Source: Solimonas fluminis (GTDB lineage: Bacteria > Pseudomonadota > Gammaproteobacteria > Nevskiales > Nevskiaceae). Taken from it: DNA of 24,000 nucleotides. How positions within the stretch are numbered: the first letter of the stretch is position 1; every line of letters begins with the position of its first letter. A model generated the notes under the pieces. It saw only the letters and a list, made by a program, of their open reading frames with translations. It searched no databases and was not told the origin of the DNA. A program made the position numbers and the translations under genes. Below, one piece after another: positions 14,266-23,006 of this stretch. The stretch is taken from the NCBI RefSeq assembly GCF_002930645.1, contig NZ_PSNW01000007.1, positions 225,792 through 249,791 on the forward strand, in the 5' to 3' direction.

Positions 14266-15000
14266 TCAGCCCAGCCGCAGCCCGCCGTCCACCGGCAGCA
14301 CGGCGCCGGTGACGTAGGCCGCCTCCGGCGACAGCAGGAACTTCACCGCGCGGGCGATCTCCTCGCCCCCGCCGAGGCGCGCCAGCGGCACGCGCGCCAG
14401 TTCGGCCTGCGGCTGCAGCAGGTTGGGGCCGCCGGCCTCCGGCCAGATCATGTGCCCGGGCGCCACGCCATTGACGCGGATACGCGGTGCCAGCTCCAGC
14501 GCCAGGGCCTCGGTCACCGCCCAGAGCCCGGCCTTGGCGGCGGTGTAGGCGCTGTAGCCGCGCTGCGGGCGGCGCGCATGCACGTCGAGGATGTTGACCA
14601 CGGCGCCCCGCTCCATGCGCGCGGCGCAGGCCTGGGTCAGCAGCAGCGGCGCGCGCAGGTTGCTGCCCACCAGGTCCTCGAAGGCCTCGGCCGTGAGCTG
14701 GCCGATCGGCGTGGGGTACCAGGTGGAGGCATTGTTGACCAGGGCATCCAGCCGCCCCCAGGTGTCCCGCGCCGACTGCGCCAGGTGCTCCAGCGCGGCG
14801 GGGTCGAGCAGGTCGGCCTGCAGGGCCCGGGCCGAGTCCGGACGGCCCTGATTCAGGCCCGCCGCCAGCACCTCGGCCTCGCCCAGCGAGCGGTTGGCGT
14901 GGATCACCACGTTCCAGCCCGCCGCATGCAGTTCGCGCACGGTTGCCGCGCCCACGCGCCGGGCCGCGCCCGTGACCAGCACCACCGGTGACATTCCCAT
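14266..15000 (-). CDS. Pteridine reductase / dihydromonapterin reductase-like SDR
   Basis: From ATG 15000 (MGMSPVVLVTGAARRVGAA...; ATG 14994 is the alternative). TGxxxRxG cofactor motif, NNAS, YSAYTAAKAGL (YxxxK) and a C-terminal ITG..L.VDGG. The overall pattern matches betaproteobacterial pteridine reductases. Confidence 0.8.
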   Translation of the reverse strand: MGMSPVVLVTGAARRVGAATVRELHAAGWNVVIHANRSLGEAEVLAAGLNQGRPDSARALQADLLDPAALEHLAQSARDTWGRLDALVNNASTWYPTPIGQLTAEAFEDLVGSNLRAPLLLTQACAARMERGAVVNILDVHARRPQRGYSAYTAAKAGLWAVTEALALELAPRIRVNGVAPGHMIWPEAGGPNLLQPQAELARVPLARLGGGEEIARAVKFLLSPEAAYVTGAVLPVDGGLRLG

Positions 15001-15058
15001 GACCTGCCTTTGCTTTATCCTTGCCGCACTTTCCGCAAGCCCCAAGTGTAACTGTCCC

Positions 15059-15844
15059 GTGGACAGCATCCTCCAAGCGATCCTCCTCGGCGTCATCGAA
15101 GGCGTCACCGAATTCCTGCCCATCTCCAGCACCGGCCACCTGCTGATCGCCCAGCACTGGCTGGAGCGCCGCTCGGACCTGTTCAACGTGGCGATCCAGG
15201 CCGGCGCGATCCTGGCCGTGACGCTGGTCTATCGCCTGCGTCTGCTGGACCTGGCCACCACCTGGCGCGACCCGGGCACGCGCGACTACCTGGCCAAGCT
15301 GGCCACCGCCTTCGGCGTCACCGCGGTGGGCGGGCTGATCGCCAAGAAGCTCGGCGCGGAACTGCCGGAAACCGTGGTCCCGGTGGCCTGGGCCCTGATC
15401 GTCGGCGCCTTCGTGATCTTCGCCGTGGAGCGCTGGAACCGGGGGCGCCCCATCGTGGAGGCGGTGACCTGGAAGGTGGCTGTCGCGGTCGGCGTCGCGC
15501 AGGTGGTGGCCGCGGTCTTCCCCGGCGCCTCGCGCTCGGCCGCGGCGATCTTCGCCGCCCTGCTGATGGGCCTGTCCTGCCGCCCGCGCGCGGCGGAGTT
15601 CGCCTTCATGGTGGGCATCCCGACGATGTTCGCCGCCACCAGCTACGAACTGCACAAGACCCTGGGGAATCCGGCCGCCGTGCAGGCGGAATCATGGACC
15701 GAGCTGGGCATCGCTTTCGGCGTGTCCGCGGCGGTGGGCTTCGTCACCGTGAAATGGCTGATGAAGTTCATCTCCGGCCACAGCTTCGAGCCTTTCGCCT
15801 GGTACCGGCTGGGGCTGGGCACGCTGCTGCTGGTGATGCTGTAG
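15059..15844 (+). CDS. uppP: Undecaprenyl-diphosphate phosphatase
   Basis: An in-frame GTG at 15059 gives VDSILQAILLGVIEGVTEFLPISSTGHL..., the canonical BacA/UppP N-terminus. The protein also has PGASRSAAAI. The upstream part of the 316-aa track ORF overlaps the divergent reductase gene and was dropped. Confidence 0.9.
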   Translation: MDSILQAILLGVIEGVTEFLPISSTGHLLIAQHWLERRSDLFNVAIQAGAILAVTLVYRLRLLDLATTWRDPGTRDYLAKLATAFGVTAVGGLIAKKLGAELPETVVPVAWALIVGAFVIFAVERWNRGRPIVEAVTWKVAVAVGVAQVVAAVFPGASRSAAAIFAALLMGLSCRPRAAEFAFMVGIPTMFAATSYELHKTLGNPAAVQAESWTELGIAFGVSAAVGFVTVKWLMKFISGHSFEPFAWYRLGLGTLLLVML

Positions 15845-15909
15845 GAGCGGCCGTTGGCCGCGAGGACGGCCATCGGCATCTCCCGCCGCTCGCGGCCGAC
15901 GGCCGCTCC
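15844..15909. terminator. Long GC-rich inverted repeat between convergent uppP and cca (probable bidirectional hairpin)
   Basis: GGAGCGGCCGTTGGCCGCGAG (15844-15864) and CTCGCGGCCGACGGCCGCTCC (15889-15909) are complementary at 20/21 positions, with a 24-nt spacer. The arms abut or overlap both stop codons (TAG 15842-15844; minus-strand TAG at 15909-15911). There is no U-tract. Confidence 0.5.
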
Positions 15910-17147
15910 TACGGGGATGGCTCCCGCGGCTGTTCCTTCCACTCCTTCAGCCGCCGCTCGCGCCGCTGCTTCAGGGCCTCGCCGATGGCCGCGCCGCTGA
16001 TGCCGTCGGCCATCACCTGCGCCGCCTGGATCTCGCTGGCCGCGACGCGCGCCGCGCGCAGGTAGTCGGCCTGCTCGTAGTGGCTGTGCTCGAAGCCGAG
16101 GCGCCCGCGCGCATCGCAGACGCTGGCCTGCAGCACCTGCTCGAAGCGCTCGCCCTTGGCGAAGGCCCCGGTGCGCTCCAGCAGGCCCAGCAGGGTGGAC
16201 GGCCGCAGCTGCAGCGCCTGGTGGATGACCAGGTGCTCCCGGGTATGCACCAGCGCCAGGTCGCGGCAGGCGGAGGGCACGCGCAGGCGCTCGCTGAAGC
16301 GCTCCACCAGCGGCACGCCGCGCAGGTCGTGCATGCGGTGGCTGGGCCACTCCTCCGGCGGGGTGGCGCCCTTGCCGAGGTCGTGCACCAGCACGGCGTA
16401 GCGCACCTCCAGCGGCAGCCCCAGCCGCGCCGAAGTGTCCAGGCACATCAGCACGTGCACCAGCGTATCCACCTCGGGGTGGTAGTCGGCACGCTGCGGC
16501 ACGCCGTGCAGCGCCGCCAGCTCCGGCATGATCCGCGCCAGCGCGCCGCAGTCCTGGAGCGTGCGAAAGTAGGTGCCCGGCGACTCCGTCATCAGGCCCT
16601 TCTTCGTCTCCTGCCAGACGCGCTCCGGCACCAGGTGGTCGACCTCGCCGCTGTCCACCATCCGGCGCATCAGCGCCAGGGTCTCGTCCGCCACGCGGAA
16701 GCCCAGCGGCGCGAAACGCGCATGGAAGCGGGCCACGCGCAGGATGCGCACCGGGTCCTCGCAGAAGGCCTCGGACACATGGCGCAGCAGGCGCGCATCG
16801 AGATCGCGGCGGCCGCCGTAGGGATCGACCAGGACTCCGTCGTCGCCGCGGGCGATGGCGTTGACGGTCAGGTCGCGGCGGACCAGGTCGTCCTCCAGCG
16901 TCACTTCCGGCCCGGTGTGGAAGCTGAAGCCGCGGTAGCCGGGCGCGGTCTTGCGCTCGGTGCGCGCCAGCGCGTGCTCTTCCCTGGTCTGCGGGTGCAG
17001 GAACACCGGGAAGTCCTTGCCCACCGGCTGGTAGCCCGCCGCCCCCATCTCCTCGGGCGTGGCGCCGACGACGACCCAGTCGCGCTCGCGCACCGGCAGC
17101 CCGAGCAGTTCGTCGCGGACGGCGCCGCCTACGAGATAGCGCTTCAT
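15909..17147 (-). CDS. cca: Multifunctional CCA-adding enzyme (tRNA nucleotidyltransferase with HD phosphohydrolase domain)
   Basis: 412-aa ORF. MKRYLVGGAVRDELLG...RDLTVNA is the class-II nucleotidyltransferase head, and VLVHDLGK is the HD domain. AAGGA overlaps the upstream stop 10 nt before the ATG. Confidence 0.95.
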   Translation of the reverse strand: MKRYLVGGAVRDELLGLPVRERDWVVVGATPEEMGAAGYQPVGKDFPVFLHPQTREEHALARTERKTAPGYRGFSFHTGPEVTLEDDLVRRDLTVNAIARGDDGVLVDPYGGRRDLDARLLRHVSEAFCEDPVRILRVARFHARFAPLGFRVADETLALMRRMVDSGEVDHLVPERVWQETKKGLMTESPGTYFRTLQDCGALARIMPELAALHGVPQRADYHPEVDTLVHVLMCLDTSARLGLPLEVRYAVLVHDLGKGATPPEEWPSHRMHDLRGVPLVERFSERLRVPSACRDLALVHTREHLVIHQALQLRPSTLLGLLERTGAFAKGERFEQVLQASVCDARGRLGFEHSHYEQADYLRAARVAASEIQAAQVMADGISGAAIGEALKQRRERRLKEWKEQPREPSP

Positions 17148-17157
17148 CGCGGGTCCT

Positions 17158-19158
17158 TCACACGCAGCCCGGGCTGCCCTTGAGGCAGGCCGCGGCGGCC
17201 GGCGTCGGCACCGAGACCGGCAGCAGCAGGTTGCTTGCGTCCTGCGGCTCGCCGCTGGCCAGCCAGCCGTCGGCGGTGATGTGCCAGACGATCTTCTGGA
17301 TGTAGCCGCGGGTCTCGTTGTAGGGCACGTTCTCGATCCAGACGTCGGCGTCCCGGGGCTCTTGCGGCAGCCAGCGCGCCACGGCGTTGGGCCCGGCGTT
17401 GTAGGCGCCCAGCGTCAGGATGAAGCGGCCGCCGAAGCGGTCGGTCTGGTCGCGCAGGTAGGCGGCGCCCAGCGGCACGTTGATCGCGGGGTCGAACAGC
17501 GACTCGCGCGTCGGCACCGGCTGCTTCCACTTGCGCGCCACCTGCTGCGCGGTGGGCAGCAGCAGCTGCAGCAGGCCCAGCGCCTGAGAGCGCGACACCG
17601 CGGTGGGCAGGAACAGGCTCTCCTGGCGCATCACGCCGTAGATCCAGGGCCCCGGGATACCGGCGAACTTGGCCCCCGCCTCGATCTCCCGGGTGAAGGC
17701 CTGCGGATACAGCAGCGTCAGGTCCCGCGTCAGGTTCATCTGGTTGAGCATGCTGACGGTCTGGATGTGCCAGCCCCAGGCCGAGGCCAGGCGCGCGGCC
17801 TGCACGCGCGTCAGCTCGTCGGCACCCTGCAGCGCCGCGCGCCACTCGGCGCCGGCCAAGTCGGTGCGCTCGATCAGGAACAGCTCGCGGGCACGCTGCA
17901 TCTCCGGGCGCGCCATCAGTTGCTGCTGCAGGCCTTCGTCCGCCACCAGCTTCTGCGAGACCGGCACCAGCTTCTTCTGCAGGCGCCAGGCGGAGAGCAC
18001 GGCGTAGTAGCCGTTTTCCTGCATCAGCGTGTTGTAGATCGGCTCGGCCTGGGCGCGGCGGCCCAGCGTCTCCAGCGCGCGGGCGCGCCAGTAGCTCCAG
18101 CGCGGCTCGGCGGCCTGCGCCGGCGGCATGGCGTGCAGCCATTGCGCGGCCAACTCCCACTGGCCCTGCCACAGCGCCGCGCGCACGCGCCATTCGTGCG
18201 CCTTGTCGTCCAGGGCGTCGTCCGGCACCAGCTTGTACAGCGAGAGCGCTTCGGCGCGGCGGTCCAGCGCGTAACCCATGGCCAGGTCGCGGCGCAGCTC
18301 CGCGATCTGCCGCGCGTCGATGCGGCGGCGCTCGATCATCTTCGGCAGCAGCGGCGCAAGCTCGTCCGGCTTGCCGCGCGCCAGCTTGGCCCAGGCCGCT
18401 TCGAGCGGAGCCCATTCCACCTTCTCCTGCGGCGCGGCGATCAGCGCCTCGATGGCCGGACGCGGCTCGCGCAGCAGGCGCGACCAGTGCTTGAGCGGCG
18501 CGGCCCGCGCGGCGGGCACGCCGCGCAGCAGCCAGTCGGCCAGCTCGGTGTTGCCGGCCTCCAGCGCCAGGCGGGCGCGCTGCTCCAGGCGCTCGGGCGT
18601 CAGCGCGCCGCGCTGCTGCAGCCACTGGAACGGCGGCACGCAGGCCTGCGGCAGCTGCTGGCCGGTCATCCACACGCCCAGGATCTCGTCGCGCAGGCTG
18701 TCCTCGACGCCGCCGGTCTGCAGCCAGGCGTTGTAGCGATGGCAGCGCAGCGCGTCGTCGGCCGCCGCCGGCTCGCTGTTGGCCAGCAGCGTGGTCCATT
18801 GCTGGCGCTCGGCGAGGTTGCCCAGCCAGTCGCGCTGCAGGGCACGCGCGGCCGGCAGCCCGGCGTTGGCGCGCAGCCAGCCGGCGATCTCGGCGTCCAG
18901 GGCCTCGCCCGGGCGGGCCTTGATGGCCTGCCGCAGGCGTGCCGCCTGCAGGTAGGGATAGAGGATGTAGCTGCGCAGGCCCGGGCTCTCGGCGGCCTCG
19001 CCGCCGGCCTCCACGGTCTTCAGGGCGGAGCGGAACTCGACGCGCAGCACGTCGTTGGCGGCCTGGGCGGCGACGGTGCCGCTGAGGCACAAGCACAGAA
19101 GGAATGCGGGCAGACGGAGCATCAGTGGGGGGAGCCTGTTGTAGGATGCGCGCCTCAT
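17158..19158 (-). CDS. slt: Soluble lytic murein transglycosylase (Slt70-like)
   Basis: Long ORF 17158-19206. Signal peptide MLRLPAFLLCLCLSGTVAAQA. A superhelical repeat region is followed by a C-terminal SLT domain (GVMRQESLF, LGLLQLL, AYNAGPNAV). The start is ambiguous: ATG 19158 is chosen, ATG 19122 is equally plausible, and 19206 would overlap the divergent gene. Confidence 0.9.
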   Translation of the reverse strand: MRRASYNRLPPLMLRLPAFLLCLCLSGTVAAQAANDVLRVEFRSALKTVEAGGEAAESPGLRSYILYPYLQAARLRQAIKARPGEALDAEIAGWLRANAGLPAARALQRDWLGNLAERQQWTTLLANSEPAAADDALRCHRYNAWLQTGGVEDSLRDEILGVWMTGQQLPQACVPPFQWLQQRGALTPERLEQRARLALEAGNTELADWLLRGVPAARAAPLKHWSRLLREPRPAIEALIAAPQEKVEWAPLEAAWAKLARGKPDELAPLLPKMIERRRIDARQIAELRRDLAMGYALDRRAEALSLYKLVPDDALDDKAHEWRVRAALWQGQWELAAQWLHAMPPAQAAEPRWSYWRARALETLGRRAQAEPIYNTLMQENGYYAVLSAWRLQKKLVPVSQKLVADEGLQQQLMARPEMQRARELFLIERTDLAGAEWRAALQGADELTRVQAARLASAWGWHIQTVSMLNQMNLTRDLTLLYPQAFTREIEAGAKFAGIPGPWIYGVMRQESLFLPTAVSRSQALGLLQLLLPTAQQVARKWKQPVPTRESLFDPAINVPLGAAYLRDQTDRFGGRFILTLGAYNAGPNAVARWLPQEPRDADVWIENVPYNETRGYIQKIVWHITADGWLASGEPQDASNLLLPVSVPTPAAAACLKGSPGCV

Positions 19159-19189
19159 TGTAGTGCGTGGCTGACTGAGAATTCGCTGA

Positions 19190-19978
19190 ATGGAGTCCCT
19201 GCTCATCTACCTTCTGACCGGCGCCGTGGCCGGATTGCTCGCCGGGCTGTTCGGCATCGGCGGCGGCATGGTGATGGTGCCGGCACTGGCCTTCGTGCTG
19301 CCGGGCCAGGGCGTGCCGCCGGAAGTGACCCTGCAGGTGGCCGTGGCCACCTCGCTGGCGGTGATCTCGGCCACCTCCGTCTCCTCGATGCTGAGCCACC
19401 AGAAGCACGGCGCCGTGGTCTGGCCGGTGTTCCGCTGGATGGCCCTCGGCCTGGTCGCCGGCTCGGTGGGCGGCGCCTTCGTCGCCGACCAGCTCGCCAG
19501 CCGCACGCTGGCGCTGATCGTGGGCTGCGGCGCGCTGGCGGTGGCGGCGCAGATGTTCTTCGACCTCAAGCCGAAGGCCGCGGCGCCGCTGCCCGGCGCG
19601 GCCGGCCTGAGCGCCGCCGGCGGCATCATCGGCCTGCTGTCGGCCCTGGTCGGCATCGGGGGCGGCTCGCTGACGGTGCCCTTCCTGTCCTGGCGCAGCG
19701 TGGACATCCGCAAGGCCGTGGGCACCTCGGCCGCCTGCGGCGTCCCCATCGCCTGGGCCGGGGCCCTCGGCTTCATCCTGTCCGGCTGGGACCGCAGCGA
19801 CCTGCCCTCGCCGCACCTGGGCTACGTCAGCCTGCATGGCTTCATGGGCCTGGCCGTCGCCAGCGTGCTGCTGGCCCCTCTGGGCGCCAGGCTGGCGCAT
19901 CGCCTGCCGCCCCGGCAGCTGAAGCGCGGTTTCGCGCTGCTGCTGACCGGCGTTGGGCTCAAGATGCTGATTGGCTAG
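19190..19978 (+). CDS. TauE/SafE-family anion (sulfite-exporter-type) permease
   Basis: 262-aa ORF with about 8 TM segments. It carries the duplicated motifs GLFGIGGGMVMVPAL and LVGIGGGSLTVPFL that are characteristic of PF01925. Confidence 0.85.
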   Translation: MESLLIYLLTGAVAGLLAGLFGIGGGMVMVPALAFVLPGQGVPPEVTLQVAVATSLAVISATSVSSMLSHQKHGAVVWPVFRWMALGLVAGSVGGAFVADQLASRTLALIVGCGALAVAAQMFFDLKPKAAAPLPGAAGLSAAGGIIGLLSALVGIGGGSLTVPFLSWRSVDIRKAVGTSAACGVPIAWAGALGFILSGWDRSDLPSPHLGYVSLHGFMGLAVASVLLAPLGARLAHRLPPRQLKRGFALLLTGVGLKMLIG

Positions 19979-19995
19979 AATCACGCTGACGGCGA

Positions 19996-20661
19996 TTGCC
20001 GCCGCGCGCGAGAAAAGTCTTGGGTAAACGGGGGTTTGAGCCGGGTGTTGCGGGCGGAGTCCGCCGCAGGGGCAGCGCGCTGCTGCTGGGCCTGCTGCTG
20101 GCCGCCGCCGGCGCCCAGGCCGCCGAGGTCTATGTCTACCGCGAGCCCACCGGCACCCGCCTGTTCACCGACCAGCGCGTACGCGACCCCGCCTACGTGT
20201 TCATCGCCAAGTACGGCCGCCCCACCGCCTACGTCTCCTGCAGGGGCATCAGCGCCGCCGGCCTGGATGCGCGCCTGCGCAGCTACGAGGACCTGATCGA
20301 CAAGTACGCCGCCCAGCAGGGCGTGGAAGCGGCCCTGGTCAAGGCGGTCATGCGCGTCGAATCCTGCTTCGACCACCGTGCCGTGTCGCGCGTCGGCGCA
20401 CGCGGCCTGATGCAGCTGATGCCCGGCACCGCCTCGGACCTCGGCGTGAGCGACAGCTTCGACCCGGCGCAGAACATCCGCGGCGGCGTCACCTACCTGC
20501 GCCTGATGCTGGACCGCTTCGGCAACAACCAGAAGCTGGCCCTGGCCGCCTACAACGCCGGTCCCGGCGCGGTGGAAAAGCACCAGGGCGTACCGCCGTT
20601 CCGGGAAACCCAGGCCTACGTCGAGAAGGTGCGCTCGCACTACGAGCGCTACCGCAGCTAG
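19996..20661 (+). CDS. Secreted lytic transglycosylase (DUF4124-like N-terminus + SLT domain)
   Basis: Signal peptide ...ALLLGLLLAAAGAQA. EVYVYREPTGTRLFTDQ is a DUF4124-like block. SLT catalytic region VMRVESCF..GARGLMQLMP..AAYNAGPGAV. The only in-frame starts are TTG 19996 or TTG 20020, so the start is uncertain. Confidence 0.8.
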   Translation: MPPRARKVLGKRGFEPGVAGGVRRRGSALLLGLLLAAAGAQAAEVYVYREPTGTRLFTDQRVRDPAYVFIAKYGRPTAYVSCRGISAAGLDARLRSYEDLIDKYAAQQGVEAALVKAVMRVESCFDHRAVSRVGARGLMQLMPGTASDLGVSDSFDPAQNIRGGVTYLRLMLDRFGNNQKLALAAYNAGPGAVEKHQGVPPFRETQAYVEKVRSHYERYRS

Positions 20662-21536
20662 CGCGCCTTCAGCACCTCCAGGAACGCCTCCAGCGCCGGA
20701 CTGCGCCAGGCGCTCTTGAGCAGCACGCGGTACAGCGGCCGCCGGATGCGCAGGCCCTTCACCTCCACCACCCGCAGGATGCCGGCCTTCAGCTCGGTGC
20801 GGATCGCCTGGGCCGACAGGAAGGCCAGCGCCACGCCGCCGGCCACGGCGTGCTTGATCGCCTCGGTGCTGGCCAGTGTCATCGCCGGACGCGGGCGGAT
20901 GCCCCGGGCGGCCAGCGCACGCTCGGTGACCGCGCGGGTACCCGAGCCGGGCTCGTGCATCAGCAGCGGATGCTCCGCCAGCGCCGCCAGCGCCAGCGGC
21001 CCGGCCGCGGCCGCCGGATGGCGCGGCGCCGCGATCAGCACCAGCTCGTCCTCGGCGTAGACGCGGTAGTCCAGCTGGTCGCTGCTGACCACGCCCTCGG
21101 CGAAGCCGATGTCGATCTCGCCCGCCAGCAGCTTGGCCTCGATGGCCTGCGTGTTCTCCACCTGCAGCGACAGCTCCACCCCGGGATGGCGGCGGGCGAA
21201 GGCCGCCAGGGTCTCCGGCAGCATGTAGCCGCCGATGGTACGGCTGGCGCCGATGGCCAGGCGCCCCCGCCCCAGTTGCTGCAGGTCGCCCAGCGCCTGG
21301 GCCGCCTCGGCCTCGATCGCGAACAGGCGGTTGGCATAACCCAGCAGCAGCCGGCCCGCCTCGGTCGGCCGCACGCCGCGCGGCAGGCGGTCCAGCAGCA
21401 CCACGCCCAGGGCGCGCTCGAACTCGGCGAGCTGCTTGGACACGGCCGACTGGCTGATGTGCAGCTCGCGCGCACCGCCGCTGACGCTGCCGCTGGCCGC
21501 CACGGCCTGGAAGATGGCGAGATGGTTCAGGTTCAT
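20658..21536 (-). CDS. LysR-family transcriptional regulator
   Basis: ATG 21536 gives MNLNHLAIFQAVAASGSVSGGARELHISQSAVSKQLAEFERALGVVLLDR, a canonical LysR HTH, followed by a substrate-binding domain. The gene is divergent from sat. The 9 extra N-terminal codons in the track ORF (TTG 21563) are unlikely to be real. Confidence 0.9.
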   Translation of the reverse strand: MNLNHLAIFQAVAASGSVSGGARELHISQSAVSKQLAEFERALGVVLLDRLPRGVRPTEAGRLLLGYANRLFAIEAEAAQALGDLQQLGRGRLAIGASRTIGGYMLPETLAAFARRHPGVELSLQVENTQAIEAKLLAGEIDIGFAEGVVSSDQLDYRVYAEDELVLIAAPRHPAAAAGPLALAALAEHPLLMHEPGSGTRAVTERALAARGIRPRPAMTLASTEAIKHAVAGGVALAFLSAQAIRTELKAGILRVVEVKGLRIRRPLYRVLLKSAWRSPALEAFLEVLKAR

Positions 21537-21545
21537 GTCGGGTGA

Positions 21546-21596
21546 TCCATGAATAAAAGTCAACTAAGGCATCTATATATTGCATTTTATTGATGG
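21546..21596. promoter_or_regulatory. AT-rich divergent promoter / LysR-binding region
   Basis: tccatgAATAAAAgtcaactaaggcatctatatattgcaTTTTATTgat is strikingly AT-rich against >70% GC flanks. A 7-bp inverted repeat AATAAAA (21552-21558) / TTTTATT (21585-21591) flanks TATATAT. The position is typical for LysR autoregulation and target activation. Confidence 0.45.
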
Positions 21597-21669
21597 CGGC
21601 GGGAGTGCCTAAAATGCGGGTCCGGCGCGGGACCCGTCCCCGCCGCCCCTCACACAGCTGGAAACGACC

Positions 21670-22866
21670 ATGATCAAGCCCCACGGCTCCGACACCCTGA
21701 ACCCGCGCTTCGTCTACGACACCGCGCGCCACGCCGCCCTGCAGAAGGAAGCCGAGGGCCTGCCGAGCCTGCTGCTGAACTCCGCCGCCGCCGCCAACGC
21801 GGTGATGCTCGGCGCCGGCTACTTCAACCCGCTGACCGGCTACATGAACAAGGCCGACGCGCTGGGCGTGGCCAAGGACCTGAAGACCACCGCCGGCCTG
21901 TTCTGGCCGGTGCCCATCGTCAACCTGACCAAGGAGGCCGGCATCAAGGCCGGCAGCCGCATCGCGCTGCGCGACCCCAACGTCGAAGGCCATCCGGTCC
22001 TGGCGGTGATGGACGTGCAGGCCGTGGAAAGCGTCAGCGACGACGAGCTGCAGTTCATGGCCAAGGAAATCTTCGGCAACCTCGACGCCAAGCACCCGGG
22101 CGTGCAGACCTTCCTGAACCTGGGCAACACCCTGGTCTCGGGCCCGATCGAGGTGCTGAACTTCAGCTACTTCCAGGGCGAGTTCCCGGACACCTTCCGC
22201 ACCGCCGTGGAGATCCGCAACGAGATCAAGGAACGCGGCTGGCAGAAGGTGGTGGCCTTCCAGACCCGCAACCCGATGCACCGCGCGCACGAAGAGCTGT
22301 GCCGCATGGCGCAGGAGCGCCTCCAGGCCGACGGCATCGTCATCCACATGCTGCTGGGCAAGCTCAAGGAAGGCGACATCCCGGCACCGGTGCGCGACGC
22401 CTGCATCCGCACGATGGTGGAGCACTACTTCCCGAAGAACACGGTGATGATCACCGGCTACGGCTTCGACATGCTCTACGCCGGCCCGCGCGAGGCCGTG
22501 CTGCATGCCGTGTTCCGCCAGAACATGGGCGCCAACTACCTGATCGTGGGCCGTGACCATGCCGGCGTGGGCGACTACTACGGCCCCTTCGACGCGCAGA
22601 CCATCTTCGACACCCGCGTGCCGGCCGGCGCGCTGCAGATCGAGATTTTCCGCGCCGACAACACCGCCTACAGCAAGAAGCTGGGCCGCGTGGTGATGAT
22701 GCGCGAAGCCCCGGACCACACGCCGGAAGACTTCATCGCGCTGTCGGGCACCAAGGTGCGCCAGATGCTGGGCCAGGGCATCGCCCCGCCGCCCGAGTTC
22801 TCGCGCCCGGAAGTGGCCAAGGTGCTGATGGAGTACTACCAGCTGGAAGACGCCAAGAAAGCCTGA
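21670..22866 (+). CDS. sat: Sulfate adenylyltransferase (homo-oligomeric ATP sulfurylase)
   Basis: 398-aa ORF carrying the hallmark motifs VAFQTRNPMHRAHEEL and IVGRDHAGVG. Confidence 0.95.
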   Translation: MIKPHGSDTLNPRFVYDTARHAALQKEAEGLPSLLLNSAAAANAVMLGAGYFNPLTGYMNKADALGVAKDLKTTAGLFWPVPIVNLTKEAGIKAGSRIALRDPNVEGHPVLAVMDVQAVESVSDDELQFMAKEIFGNLDAKHPGVQTFLNLGNTLVSGPIEVLNFSYFQGEFPDTFRTAVEIRNEIKERGWQKVVAFQTRNPMHRAHEELCRMAQERLQADGIVIHMLLGKLKEGDIPAPVRDACIRTMVEHYFPKNTVMITGYGFDMLYAGPREAVLHAVFRQNMGANYLIVGRDHAGVGDYYGPFDAQTIFDTRVPAGALQIEIFRADNTAYSKKLGRVVMMREAPDHTPEDFIALSGTKVRQMLGQGIAPPPEFSRPEVAKVLMEYYQLEDAKKA

Positions 22867-22885
22867 ACCGGCGGATGCGGCGACG

Positions 22886-22912
22886 AAAAAAGGGGCCTGT
22901 GGGCCCCTTTTT
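22886..22912 (+). terminator. Rho-independent terminator of sat (symmetrical, potentially bidirectional)
   Basis: AAAAAAGGGGCC-tgtg-GGCCCCTTTTT, located 20 nt after the sat stop. A GC stem is flanked by an A6 run and a T5 run. Confidence 0.85.
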
Positions 22913-23006
22913 CGTTGCCCACCCCCTCTGTGAACCAGGTCAATGTCCGCTGGCCCGCCGGCGCCTATAGTGGAGGGATGGGGAAACTGCTGGGGGGCGG
23001 AGACTC

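Noticed and set aside
14264-15655. Upstream 464 codons of the 736-aa ORF 13445-15655
   Set aside because: This part is antisense to uppP and out of frame with the reductase gene. Only the last 272 codons (from ATG 14263) show Ap4A-phosphorylase-type motifs.
17144-19989. 946-aa minus-strand ORF (17144-19984) and 902-aa plus-strand ORF (17281-19989)
   Set aside because: These are the longest ORFs in the window, but they are pure high-GC shadow frames of slt and the TauE gene (runs of R/A/G/P, no motifs).
19981-22719. 912-aa minus-strand ORF covering the SLT, LysR and sat loci
   Set aside because: It is a shadow frame. It runs antisense to sat, whose QTRNPMHRAH and GRDHAG motifs are unambiguous, and out of frame with the LysR gene.
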